Source: Candidatus Obscuribacterales bacterium | GTDB lineage: Bacteria > Cyanobacteriota > Vampirovibrionia > Obscuribacterales > Obscuribacteraceae | Direction: 5' to 3' | Length of the DNA: 64,000 nucleotides | Assembly (NCBI GenBank): GCA_965228855.1 | Contig: CBDDIJ010000003.1 | Span: 1,088,001-1,152,000, forward strand | Shown here: positions 39,039 to 48,940 of the stretch, piece by piece | Layout: each line of letters starts with the position of its first letter | Numbering within the stretch: position 1 is the first letter of the stretch | The notes under the pieces: generated by a model | What the model saw: only the letters and a program-made list of their open reading frames with translations | Databases searched by the model: none | Told to the model about the DNA's origin: nothing | Translations under genes and position numbers: made by a program

Positions 39039-39295
39039 GTAAACCTCCTTCAAAGAATCCAAAGTCTGAATGTCCGCCGCGCGCATGCAGCACAGGTTCT
39101 CTGTGCAGCAATTAGCGAGCAAACTTTTCGTGGGGAGATTGCTTCTAATGAAATAGACGTCTGATCAAGGAAAAAAGTTCAAAAATTTGAGATGTCAGCA
39201 TAGTAAAGTTTCCGCCCCGTCTGGCTAAATGATTTCGCTACACTCAAGCTTGATTCGACGGAGACGATTGTTGATTCAGTGAAGTAAATGGGGGG

Positions 39296-39841
39296 CTAGG
39301 GTGCGCCGCTCGCCTGTACCTTTGAAGAGATCTCAGACTTCCGCTGTTTGTCGTACAGTTCTTCAGCTAGTTTTTGCGTCTTGTGGAGACGAGTCCGTAC
39401 TTTTCCTTTTATGAATTGATTGATCAGAAATCGCGGAATAGGCAGCCCAGGCTCAATGTTAGACGTCAACTTCAACCGAGTCTTCGCTTGCTCAACTGGC
39501 GTTAACTCCCACTTGCCGGACATCTCCTTCAGTGATTTATCCGCTTCGATCAATTCATAGGACAAAAGTTCGTTTTCTTTGACGGTGATTCTCAGCGTTG
39601 TTTGAACCGTGCCGTAGAACGGAATTCTTTCAAATTTCTGCTGGACTATCGCTTCTTTGCCCTCTGTCGACTTAATATCCGCGTCGAATTTGTCTGCACT
39701 GGTCACGGCTCTCCACACGCACTCTTTCGGAGCGTTTACCAAGGTCGTATCCGACACGGAGTTGTCGGATTTCGCCGAAGCCTGCCCGTGCAGCGCACTC
39801 AGGATGGTTATGGATGATATTAGGACCAAGCCTTTATTCAT
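39296..39841 (-). CDS. Exported SRPBCC/START (polyketide cyclase/dehydrase-like) lipid-binding protein
   Basis: Signal peptide; VNAP.E.VW, G.WEL.P and P...IP.FLIN helix-grip pattern. Confidence 0.75.
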   Translation of the reverse strand: MNKGLVLISSITILSALHGQASAKSDNSVSDTTLVNAPKECVWRAVTSADKFDADIKSTEGKEAIVQQKFERIPFYGTVQTTLRITVKENELLSYELIEADKSLKEMSGKWELTPVEQAKTRLKLTSNIEPGLPIPRFLINQFIKGKVRTRLHKTQKLAEELYDKQRKSEISSKVQASGAP

Positions 39842-40037
39842 AGACGCCTTTGGACATTTCCCGGTCACCAGGATCATACCCAGATTCTTACGCAACTCCC
39901 CGCTTGTAGCAAAGGTTTTAGCCGGAGATGACAGCTTGTATATCAATTCCCCGAACCTTTCAATCCGGACTGAAACTGCTAACAGCCATTCATGAACGCA
40001 CTGCTACCGCCCGCGATACCAGCCCGGCAAGTGTGTA

Positions 40038-40625
40038 TCAGGCCTTGAGCTCGCTGCCGAGCAGTGTCAAAAATTGTTTCATCCATTCCGGATGTCCGGG
40101 CCAGGCCACCGCGGTGACTAATTTACCGTCGGTATGAGCGAAAGCTGGATTAACACCGGGATTTACCCAGGTCGCTCCTGCTGACTCCAATTCAGGACGC
40201 ACTGCGAAATATGCAGTACAACTGCGACCTTTTAGAACTCCAGCTGCAGCGAGGATTTGGGGACCGTGACATATCGTCGCGACTGGTTTTGTGGTCTCGA
40301 AGAAGTGCTGAACAATCTCGATGACGCGGCTGTTTAAGCGCAAGTATTCTGGAGAACGACCACCGGGAACGACCAGCGCGTCGTAAGTCGTTTCATCAAC
40401 CTCTTCAAAGGAGTGGGTTACGGCGAAGTTGTGACCTGGCTTCTCTGAATAAGTTTGAGCACCGTCAAAGTCGTGAATCGCTGTTTTTACCGACTCACCG
40501 GCTTTTTTGCCTGGACAGACCGTATGTACGTCGTGCCCGACCATGGTCAAGATCTGGAAGGGTACCATTGCTTCGTAATCCTCAACGAAGTCGCCAACTA
40601 GCATCAAAATTCGCTTACCTGCCAT
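40038..40625 (-). CDS. DJ-1/PfpI family protein (glyoxalase III/protease)
   Basis: [18 protein letters not shown], nucleophile ICHG and WPGHP. Confidence 0.92.
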   Translation of the reverse strand: MAGKRILMLVGDFVEDYEAMVPFQILTMVGHDVHTVCPGKKAGESVKTAIHDFDGAQTYSEKPGHNFAVTHSFEEVDETTYDALVVPGGRSPEYLRLNSRVIEIVQHFFETTKPVATICHGPQILAAAGVLKGRSCTAYFAVRPELESAGATWVNPGVNPAFAHTDGKLVTAVAWPGHPEWMKQFLTLLGSELKA

Positions 40626-40721
40626 TCAGCCTCCTTGTTCGCTTTCTTATAAAGTTGGAAATTATAGTCGGTTATCGTGCTGGGTATATTGTTTCGGAAC
40701 ACTGATGAGGAATTGACGGGA

Positions 40722-41879
40722 ATGGCGGCCCAACGCAAGAAAGGCAAAAATTCAAACAAGCCCAAAGCCGCAAAGTCCAGCTCTGCGAAGATCGAAGCGC
40801 CCAGAGACCCGAAGTCTGAGCCGGTGGCAACCGGCTCCACGGTTCCCGATAACTCCAGGGGTCAGGTCAAACACACGGAGACTGTGTTCGCGCATGCCGA
40901 CAGCGTATCAGTCAGCGGTGCCGATTTAATCGAAGCTGTGGCTGATAATGCTGCGCCTGAGCCGGAACCGCTATCAGCCTCCGAAATTGAAACCGCTCTT
41001 GGTGAACATCCTGCTGACCGTAATTCCCTGGACATAAACACAGAGTCCGAGACTCTGGACAAGCTTGAAGGGGTCGATGAAACTGTCGCTCCGGAGACGG
41101 ACGGCCTCGAGTTGAATCTTTCGGCAAGCGAGGGGAATCGCGGAACTTCCGCTACTGTGGGAAATCCTGCTCGGACTTCATCAGACGGTGAGACTGCCCC
41201 GACGCCGCATTCTGCAGTCACTGCTACTGCCGTGTCGGAGAAAACAGCTGACCAAGAGACTTCCGCTAAGGGTGACTACACTTCGGCTGCTGCGTTTGGC
41301 GCTGAGAATTTCAGTAAGAATGAGATAAAAACGCTGCTGGTTCCCGTTAACCCATTTCATCGCCTGATTGCCTGTTCCATTGTGATCGTCTGCTATTCAT
41401 TTCTGGGCTATCTGTTTCTTAACGGGCCTGTCGCCGTCAACGCCCATGGCTTGCACACGGTGGATCTACCCGAGGCTGGCGATTATGTTTTGATCTTCAA
41501 GGGCGACACGCAGGACGCGTACGGATGGACAATCGATGGGCGTTTTCGTAATTCTCTGGAAATCGACATGGAACCGATTGAGCCGGAGCAGCGTGTGGAT
41601 AAGGTAGAGCCAATCAAGGACCTCTCGGGCGCAGACTTCTTTTCTGTTGCCGAGTACGAAGTGAATCAACCTGGAAAGTACAACCTTTGGGTTAAGTGGA
41701 ACGACCCTAACAATCGCTGCAAAGGAAAGATTACGCTGGAGAAGGATCCTGTTGAGAAATTCATCTTCAAGTGGGTGGTGGGCATAATTGGAACCCTTGC
41801 CTTGATTTTCATGTGCGGAATTCCTATGACGACCAGTAAGGCGCAGTCGACGTTACAAGGGCAACATCCGCAGGCATAA
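40722..41879 (+). CDS. Hypothetical membrane protein (disordered acidic N-terminus, two TMs flanking a beta domain)
   Basis: Long ORF with two hydrophobic segments; no family recognised. Confidence 0.7.
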   Translation: MAAQRKKGKNSNKPKAAKSSSAKIEAPRDPKSEPVATGSTVPDNSRGQVKHTETVFAHADSVSVSGADLIEAVADNAAPEPEPLSASEIETALGEHPADRNSLDINTESETLDKLEGVDETVAPETDGLELNLSASEGNRGTSATVGNPARTSSDGETAPTPHSAVTATAVSEKTADQETSAKGDYTSAAAFGAENFSKNEIKTLLVPVNPFHRLIACSIVIVCYSFLGYLFLNGPVAVNAHGLHTVDLPEAGDYVLIFKGDTQDAYGWTIDGRFRNSLEIDMEPIEPEQRVDKVEPIKDLSGADFFSVAEYEVNQPGKYNLWVKWNDPNNRCKGKITLEKDPVEKFIFKWVVGIIGTLALIFMCGIPMTTSKAQSTLQGQHPQA

Positions 41880-41998
41880 CGATCGTATATATTCCGCGGA
41901 TCTTGCATTAAGTTCACACCCAAACGCCCTCGCTATGCTATTTTGGGGCTGAAATTTGCCTTACTAGCTGTCGCAAGTCGACTTAAAGAGGTTGTTGG

Positions 41999-43591
41999 AT
42001 GTCGTTCAAACACAAATTCGGATTTGTTAAGGTTGCAGCCGGTCTGACACTAGCATTCGCTCTTTGCCCAGATGCACTTGCCGATCAGTCAACATGGCGA
42101 AAGCTCATGGATGACGGCGCAGCATCCTATAAGTCCGGAAATTATCCAGCCGCGATAAAAAGCTACGGGGATGCCGCCGAGCAGGCGGTTAACTACGAAA
42201 AGGCAGACGAGGATCGTGCCACCACCCTTAATGACATTGGCCTTGTTTTCGAAGACATGAAGGACTACGGGAAAGCGCAAAAATACTTCATTGACTCGAT
42301 TGAATTGAAGAAAAAAAGTCTTGGTTCCAACCACTACGCATTGGTTGCACCGTTGAATAATCTTGCTGATTCCTATTTGCGCGAGAAAAAATACGATGAA
42401 GCAATTGTCACGATTAAGGAAGCCAATGATGTGATCGAAAAGTCGAAGGGTGCTGCGGATCCGGCTTTGACACTGAACCTCAATCGTCTCGCCGGCGCGT
42501 ACCAAGCGCAAAAAAAATATCAGGAAGCTGCCGATGCACTGACGCGCTCCCTTGAAATTGCTAAGAAAAACTTTGGCGATAAACATCCTGCAGTCGCTGT
42601 CATTCAAAACAACCTGGCACTGGTAAAGCGTTTTCTTGGGCAAGCCGACGAGGCCGACAAATTGTATAAGGACAGCCTGCAAATTCGTCAAGATGCCCTT
42701 GGGGGCGAGAGTTTGGAAGTTGCGAGTAGCTTAAACACGATGGCCTTGAACTATCGTGAGCAACAGAAATTCGACGAAGCGGAACCATTACTCGCTCGCT
42801 CGCTGGAAATTGTTCGTAAGGCACCAGATGCGACACCACAGCAGAAAGTTGCAGCCCTGAAAAACTTGGGTTTGGTTTATCGCGAATTGGGCTCTCCGGA
42901 AAAGGCCAAGCCTCTCTACGAAGAAGCAGTCGCAATGCAAATCAAGGAGTTTGGAGCTGATGATTTCCAACTCATTGATACATACGCGGACATGGGTCAG
43001 ATGGACCAGGAGCTTGAAGATTACGATGGGGCTAAAAAGGTTTTTGAGCGAGCCCTCGAGATTTGCGATAAGGTTGGCACACAGGCTGATAGTCTGAGAT
43101 TAAAGGTAATGGACCGTCTTGAGGACACCTATCGTCAGACGGACGACCTTACCGGAGCGATGAGACTTAACGATCGCGTTCGTGCCTTGATCGAGGCGCG
43201 GGGCGGCACCGTCGACAATAAGTCCCTTGCCCGTAAACTAAATGACCAGGCCATGCTATATAGACAACAAGGCGATCTGGATAAGGCTGAGGATTTTCTG
43301 AAGCAAGCCTTGGCTGTCGACCAGAAGCGCTCGGAGAAAGCAACTCCCGAATCTAGCACCTATATGAGCAACCTTGCTCGGATTTACGAGCAACGAGGCA
43401 ACTGGGAAGAAGCGAGGAAACTGTATAAATCAGCGCTCGAAATTCGAGAGCTGACTGAAGGAGACGACCCCTCAGCAATTGCAGCGACCCTGAGGCATTA
43501 TGCCAAAGTGCTCAGGCAGTTGAACTTAAAAGCTGAAGCCGACACGGCCGATAAACGAGCCGAGAAGATTGAGGATGCTGCCGGGGAATAG
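41999..43591 (+). CDS. Secreted TPR protein (kinesin-light-chain-type repeats)
   Basis: Signal peptide and about ten LNNLA..Y..Q..Y.EA..L..RSL.I repeats. Confidence 0.9.
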   Translation: MSFKHKFGFVKVAAGLTLAFALCPDALADQSTWRKLMDDGAASYKSGNYPAAIKSYGDAAEQAVNYEKADEDRATTLNDIGLVFEDMKDYGKAQKYFIDSIELKKKSLGSNHYALVAPLNNLADSYLREKKYDEAIVTIKEANDVIEKSKGAADPALTLNLNRLAGAYQAQKKYQEAADALTRSLEIAKKNFGDKHPAVAVIQNNLALVKRFLGQADEADKLYKDSLQIRQDALGGESLEVASSLNTMALNYREQQKFDEAEPLLARSLEIVRKAPDATPQQKVAALKNLGLVYRELGSPEKAKPLYEEAVAMQIKEFGADDFQLIDTYADMGQMDQELEDYDGAKKVFERALEICDKVGTQADSLRLKVMDRLEDTYRQTDDLTGAMRLNDRVRALIEARGGTVDNKSLARKLNDQAMLYRQQGDLDKAEDFLKQALAVDQKRSEKATPESSTYMSNLARIYEQRGNWEEARKLYKSALEIRELTEGDDPSAIAATLRHYAKVLRQLNLKAEADTADKRAEKIEDAAGE

Positions 43592-43663
43592 TTTCTATAC
43601 GGGTCGGAAGACGGAATTTGCTGGAGCGATGTCGGTGGGACCTGGCACATGGAGACTTGAGTA

Positions 43664-44146
43664 ATGAAATGCCGTCAAACTTTGGGGACTTTGTTCGCTG
43701 TTGTCTGCGTTGTTGGTTTGTTTGCAGGAGCTGCTGGGGCCGCTGATGAGGGCGGAGACAAGACTGGTGCAGGCGGCGACAAGCCGTCCGGACCGACTTT
43801 TAGTGGAAACGTATCCTGGTACGGTCCAGGATTCGACGGCAAGAAGACCGCCTCCGGCGAAATCTTCGACATGAAGAAGAGCACCGCTGCGCACTTGAAG
43901 CTGCCATTTCAGACCAAAGTTTTAGTCGAGAATCCCCGTACCGGGAAATCGGTCGTGGTGAGAGTAAATGACCGCGGTCCCTACGCGAAGAAGCGCGTTA
44001 TGGACCTATCGAAGGGTGCCGCTCAAAAGCTAGGCACTCTTCTCGGGGGAGTGGCATTCGTCGAATGCACCGTAATCGGTAAGGATGCGAAAGTGAGTAT
44101 GATCAACCCACTCATAATTTCGCAGGTTGACCCTAATCTTCGCTAA
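43664..44146 (+). CDS. rlpA: RlpA family (DPBB) lytic transglycosylase
   Basis: SWYG..F.G..TASGE.FD, TAAH..LPF, VRVNDRGP and DLS..AA motifs. Confidence 0.88.
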   Translation: MKCRQTLGTLFAVVCVVGLFAGAAGAADEGGDKTGAGGDKPSGPTFSGNVSWYGPGFDGKKTASGEIFDMKKSTAAHLKLPFQTKVLVENPRTGKSVVVRVNDRGPYAKKRVMDLSKGAAQKLGTLLGGVAFVECTVIGKDAKVSMINPLIISQVDPNLR

Positions 44147-44189
44147 GCCAGTCTGACTCCGGCAATCTGCAAGTTCGAGCGGGAAGCTT

Positions 44190-44486
44190 TTAGAAGTGTT
44201 TGCCACCATCGGCGGTACTTCTAACTGTCACTTCAACGCGTCGAGGCTGGAATGAGGTAGTTTGGAACCAAACTGCCAGACAAGAGCCTGCAAATATGAC
44301 TGCGATTGAACCGAGCGTGGCTGAGAAATTATCGAGACCGAGGTGTACGGCAAAGTTTCGCATTAAGATGGCGGCTGCGATTACGAACATCACCGCAAGC
44401 GTTTCCGAGAGCGTGAGAATTGATGTCGCTTTAGTAACTCTGGGAGGACGTTGCAAATCTGTCCTATTGAAATAGTCTTCGGCCAC
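44190..44486 (-). CDS. Small hypothetical protein with two TM helices
   Basis: GTG start with GGAGG RBS; two hydrophobic segments. Confidence 0.65.
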   Translation of the reverse strand: MAEDYFNRTDLQRPPRVTKATSILTLSETLAVMFVIAAAILMRNFAVHLGLDNFSATLGSIAVIFAGSCLAVWFQTTSFQPRRVEVTVRSTADGGKHF

Positions 44487-44631
44487 TATCCAACCTCCAA
44501 GCGAAGAAACGTTCGGCGCAGAATGCGCGCTTAAGCGCTAATTGACACCGAGAAATCATTACTTCTCGACTATACATTGCCCCACTTGATAACGGCGCGG
44601 ATATTAGGCTGAGTTTAATAATTGGGAAACC

Positions 44632-44664
44632 GAAACGGCGCTCTCGTTTAAAACAGAGAGCACC
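44632..44664 (-). terminator. Probable intrinsic terminator of the sdh operon
   Basis: Minus-strand hairpin GGTGCTCTC...GAGAGCGCC followed by GTTTC, just past the sdhB stop. Confidence 0.45.
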
Positions 44665-44686
44665 TATCTAGCAGATCAAGGATTGA

Positions 44687-45436
44687 CTACCAACCCTTTT
44701 TGTCGGTACCCATGATCTTCTTGATGACTTTCCCAATCGGATCGTAGAACTCATCAACAACCCGCTCCTTCAATGGAATGATGGCGTTGTCGGTAATGTG
44801 AATCTCTTCCGGGCAAACTTCTGTGCAGCATTTTGTGATGTTGCACATACCGATATGACCTTCGTCCTTGAGATACTGCATACGGTTGGCAGTGTCTTTC
44901 GGGTGCATCTCGAGACCGGCAGTTCTAACTAAGAAGCGCGGACCCATGAATGCATCTTTACGATCGTGGTCGCGCAAAACGTGGCAAACGTTTTGGCAAA
45001 GGAAGCACTCGATGCACTTACGGAATTCCTGAACGCGGTCAATGTCTTCTTGATGGATGATCCACTCTTTGTCGTCCGGCGCGGGCGAGAAGCCTTTGAT
45101 CTTTTTGTTGACTTCATAATTCCACGAGACGTCGGTGACTAGATCCTTGATGATCGGGAAGGTTTTGATCGGAGCAACTCTGATTTCTTCGCCTTCTTCG
45201 AAGCGATCCATCCGAGTCTTGCACATCAAGCTGGGCATGCCGTTGACTTCAGCACTGCAAGAGCCGCATTTTGCAGCTTTGCAATTCCATCGCACGGCAA
45301 GATCCGGCGAGTCTTTTGCTTGGATAGCGTGGATGGCATCAAGCACAACCATGCCTTCTTCGACCTGGACTTCGTAGTCTTTGAACTCTCCGGCGTCCGC
45401 TGTCCCGCGATAAACTTTGAGTTTGGCTTTACGCAT
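44687..45436 (-). CDS. sdhB: Succinate dehydrogenase/fumarate reductase iron-sulfur subunit (Sdh1-type)
   Basis: CKAAKCGSC...C, CIECFLCQNVC and CNITKCCTEVCP cluster motifs. Confidence 0.93.
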   Translation of the reverse strand: MRKAKLKVYRGTADAGEFKDYEVQVEEGMVVLDAIHAIQAKDSPDLAVRWNCKAAKCGSCSAEVNGMPSLMCKTRMDRFEEGEEIRVAPIKTFPIIKDLVTDVSWNYEVNKKIKGFSPAPDDKEWIIHQEDIDRVQEFRKCIECFLCQNVCHVLRDHDRKDAFMGPRFLVRTAGLEMHPKDTANRMQYLKDEGHIGMCNITKCCTEVCPEEIHITDNAIIPLKERVVDEFYDPIGKVIKKIMGTDKKGW

Positions 45437-45449
45437 TACTTGGAACTCC

Positions 45450-47261
45450 TTATTTCTTGTCTGCTTCGAAGAGTTTCTTCAAATCTTCTGGCATCGCCGG
45501 TAGTGGCGTGTGCTCCAGCTTCATCTGGTCGCCATCTTTCGAGACGGCGGTGTTGACCGTTGCCCATTTACCTTTGTCGGTGTCGGGGAAGTCCAGGCGG
45601 CTGTGCGCTCCGCGGCTCTCAGGACGAGAGTTTGCGCTGCGTGCGATTGCTTCGGCCGAGACGATCATGTTTTTCAAGTCTCTGCAAAGGTGCCAGCCAG
45701 GATTAAACCGCTTGTCGCCTTTGACAGCGACTTTGGCTATCTCCTTCTTGAGCTCCTGCAATTTCTCTATGCCGATTTCCATCTCTTTCGCTTCGCGGAA
45801 AATTCCTACGTGGGCGTCCATTATGTTATTCATCTGTTTCGCCACGTCGTAAGGATTGGGTCCTTCGCGATGGAAAGGCGCTTCTAGTTCTTCAATCGCA
45901 GCTTCAATATCTTTCTCGTTGATTGAAGGAAAACCGCCAAGCTGTTTTGCATAATCAGAAGCGCCGGCTCCAGCTCTTCGACCGAACACAATCAGGTCGG
46001 ATAGTGAGTTACCGCCGAGTCGGTTTGCGCCGTGCATTCCGCCGGCACACTCACCTGCTGCGAACAAGCCGGGAACGCGAGTTGCTGCGGTGTCAGCTTC
46101 GACTCTGATACCACCCATGATGTAGTGGCAGGTCGGTCCCACTTCCATGGGACCCGCAGTGATATCAACATCAGCTAGTTCTTTAAACTGGTGGTACATC
46201 GAGGGAAGCTTTTTCTTGACGCGATCCGGATCCTGATAGGAGATGTCCAGGAATACGCCGCCGTGCGGGGAGCCTCTTCCTTCCTTGTTCTCGATGTAGA
46301 TGGCTCGAGCGACGTTGTCGCGTGTAGACAGCTCAGGTGGTCTGCGCGCTTCGGTTCTTTTACCGGCAATCGCTGCTTCAACCCACTCTTTAGCTTCGGC
46401 TTCATCCGCAGCGAATCCGTCCTTCGTCGATTCCGGCAAGTACTTCCACATGAAGCGCTCGCCTTTGCTGTTGCGAAGGATGCCGCCTTCTCCTCTAACA
46501 CCCTCTGTGACGAGAATGCCGCGAACGCCTGGGGGCCAGACCATTCCCGTGGGGTGGAATTGAACAAATTCCATATCGATCAGATCTGCTCCAGATTCGT
46601 AAGCAAGACCTTGACCGTCTGAAGTGTATTCCCAGGAGTTTGACGTGACTGAGTAAATTTTTCCTACGCCGCCTGTGGCAAGTACGATGGCTTTTGCTTT
46701 GAATAAGACATAGCGTCCGTCTTCGCGGTAGTAGCCGAACGCGCCGGAAATCTTATCGCCGTCTTTAAACAATTTCGAGATTGTGCATTCCATGTAAACG
46801 GTGATGCCTTGATGAACGCCCTGGTCCTGGAGCGTTCTTATCATCTCCAAGCCGGTTCTATCTCCGACGTGACAAAGGCGTTTCCACTTATGTCCGCCGA
46901 ATGCGCGCTGAAGAATTCGGCCGTCTTTTGTTCTGTCAAAAACCGCGCCCCAACGCTCGAGTTCGCGGACCCGGTCCGGTGCTTCCTGGGCATGCAGTTG
47001 AGCCATGCGCCAGTTGTTGAGCAGTTTGCCGCCGTTCATCGTATCTTTGAAGTGTGTTTCCCAGCCGTCTTGCGGGTCCACGTTCGCTAAAGCCGCAGCC
47101 ACGCCGCCTTCAGCCATAACCGTGTGGGCTTTACCGAGGAGTGATTTGCAAACCAGACCAACGTTCAAACCCATAGCCGACACTTCGATCGCGGCTCGGA
47201 GTCCAGCCCCGCCGGCTCCAATCACTATGACGTCGTGTTCATGTGTTTCGTAAGTAGCCAT
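45450..47261 (-). CDS. sdhA: Succinate dehydrogenase/fumarate reductase flavoprotein subunit
   Basis: GAGGAG, covalent-FAD AHTVMAEGG, QFHPT, EG.RGEGG, HY.MGG, HGANRLGGNSL and ESRGAH. Confidence 0.95.
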   Translation of the reverse strand: MATYETHEHDVIVIGAGGAGLRAAIEVSAMGLNVGLVCKSLLGKAHTVMAEGGVAAALANVDPQDGWETHFKDTMNGGKLLNNWRMAQLHAQEAPDRVRELERWGAVFDRTKDGRILQRAFGGHKWKRLCHVGDRTGLEMIRTLQDQGVHQGITVYMECTISKLFKDGDKISGAFGYYREDGRYVLFKAKAIVLATGGVGKIYSVTSNSWEYTSDGQGLAYESGADLIDMEFVQFHPTGMVWPPGVRGILVTEGVRGEGGILRNSKGERFMWKYLPESTKDGFAADEAEAKEWVEAAIAGKRTEARRPPELSTRDNVARAIYIENKEGRGSPHGGVFLDISYQDPDRVKKKLPSMYHQFKELADVDITAGPMEVGPTCHYIMGGIRVEADTAATRVPGLFAAGECAGGMHGANRLGGNSLSDLIVFGRRAGAGASDYAKQLGGFPSINEKDIEAAIEELEAPFHREGPNPYDVAKQMNNIMDAHVGIFREAKEMEIGIEKLQELKKEIAKVAVKGDKRFNPGWHLCRDLKNMIVSAEAIARSANSRPESRGAHSRLDFPDTDKGKWATVNTAVSKDGDQMKLEHTPLPAMPEDLKKLFEADKK

Positions 47262-47310
47262 TTTCTTTCCTTAACTGAATTACAAAGTCTCAAGCACTAT
47301 CAGCGTTTTT

Positions 47311-48060
47311 CTAGAACAGAACACCCGGGGGGATTATTTTGGCCGCGACGGATCTGATGTACAAATCGGTGAGACCGACTGAGAAGAGGCTTGCCCATGC
47401 CCAGCCCTGGTGGTGTTCGTTCAGTTTGGTCACGAAGTGCCAAATCCGGAACTGAGCTTTTTGCTGTTCTGTTTTGCTGAAGCAACTAACCGCGCCGCCG
47501 CAAAGATGGCGCCAGGCATGGCAGCCGAATGTGTAGCCGGAGAGCAGGTAGCAGTTTAAGCACATGAACAATGATAAGAGCGAGACCGTAAAGCGACCAT
47601 CTGGTGCGCGGAACGATATGATTGCGTCATACCAGAGAACCAGTAAAACGATTGCAGCGCAGTAGAAAAAGTAGCGATGCATGTTTTGAAGAATAAACGG
47701 AAATTTGGTCTCGCCACTATATCCGGTGCCACTGGTTCCCATGACGGCGCAACCAGGAGGTGTCATGAAGTATGCGCGGTAATAGGCTTTTCTGTAGTAG
47801 TAGCATGTCGCGCGGAAACCGGCTGGAATCCAGAGGATTAGAATTGCCGGTGAAAAATGCCACCAGTCAAAAGCCAACTTGGGCGAGTAGAACGGAGAGA
47901 GATACTGATCAACTTCGAAATAATTGTTCTCGAATGTGCGGAACGTCGCATATGCGATGAACACGCCGAATCCCACCGCAACCATCAGTGGATTCGCCCA
48001 CCAGTTGTCCGTTCGCGCTGTGCGCCCTGGATGTGCTTTGCTTTCAATCGTATTAGTCAT
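47311..48060 (-). CDS. Succinate dehydrogenase membrane anchor, mycobacterial Sdh1 (Rv0249c)-like
   Basis: RTD.WW, YLSPFYSP, FRATCYYYRKAYYR, GE..FP..LQN.HRYF and GCH..RH motifs; first gene of the operon. Confidence 0.8.
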   Translation of the reverse strand: MTNTIESKAHPGRTARTDNWWANPLMVAVGFGVFIAYATFRTFENNYFEVDQYLSPFYSPKLAFDWWHFSPAILILWIPAGFRATCYYYRKAYYRAYFMTPPGCAVMGTSGTGYSGETKFPFILQNMHRYFFYCAAIVLLVLWYDAIISFRAPDGRFTVSLLSLFMCLNCYLLSGYTFGCHAWRHLCGGAVSCFSKTEQQKAQFRIWHFVTKLNEHHQGWAWASLFSVGLTDLYIRSVAAKIIPPGVLF

Positions 48061-48571
48061 TAGGGAATCCTTCTCTTTGCAGGATTTGTTTCTTCTGAAA
48101 CCGGCTCAGATAATGACAACACGTGTGCGGCGCTACGAGAACTCTCACAGCGCCAGCGATGTACATGAAGTAAACACGATTGCCTTGGTAAACCTTGAAC
48201 CGAGCGAAGATGAGCCCTCGCGCGACAACTTTTTAGCAGCGCTTAGCTTCTCTATCACTATTAATTATATCAACTACAACCTGCTCTAATCTCGCTTTAA
48301 ACCTTTTGCACGATCACATACAGACGATATCCAATCGATTCTTAAGTGCGGTTAACCTGCGGAAGTTTCCCATCTAGAGCCACTTTCAGCGGACCTCCTG
48401 TTGGCAACAAGCTGGAACCTGGCGAAAAAAATGGCGTCTTTTTAATCGGTTGACGCTGCCTAAAACTCACAACAAAGATGTTGATCCAGGGGTTGAGCGA
48501 ACAATCAAAAGCGGCTCGACAACCTGTCCGACACGGCTCCGTGAGCCATGGTGCGAACCAAAGAGGATGAG

Positions 48572-48865
48572 ATGAAAAAGAAAGCTGAATCGCAAGCAAC
48601 CACTTATAAAAGAAGGAAGCCGAAAACACATATCGAAACAGATCGCCGTTACGTAATGGAGCGTTTGGATCAATCGCTTCCTCTGGTTACGGAAGACTGG
48701 AATCGAGTTGAGCAAATGCTCAATTTGCTGACCGAGTTCGCGCCGAGTGGAATGGTTACGGAACTTGCCAACGCCATCGCTAGCTATGCTGACGACCAGG
48801 CTCGTCGCGGCTACGTACTCGGACAGGAAGACCTGGTAAGAGAGCTGCGTCGCCGCGTGGCGTAA
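48572..48865 (+). CDS. Small basic hypothetical protein
   Basis: GAGGA RBS before ATG; helical, protein-like composition. Confidence 0.6.
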   Translation: MKKKAESQATTYKRRKPKTHIETDRRYVMERLDQSLPLVTEDWNRVEQMLNLLTEFAPSGMVTELANAIASYADDQARRGYVLGQEDLVRELRRRVA

Positions 48866-48940
48866 TGGTCTTCGATGACGGCTTGAAGGTCGGTGAGAGG
48901 ACTTGAGCTAAAGTCGCTTTTAGCGGATAAACTTACATAA

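Noticed and set aside
38010..39290. rpn gene as an insertion sequence
   Set aside because: No terminal inverted repeats or target-site duplication were seen, and Rpn proteins are not demonstrated transposases.
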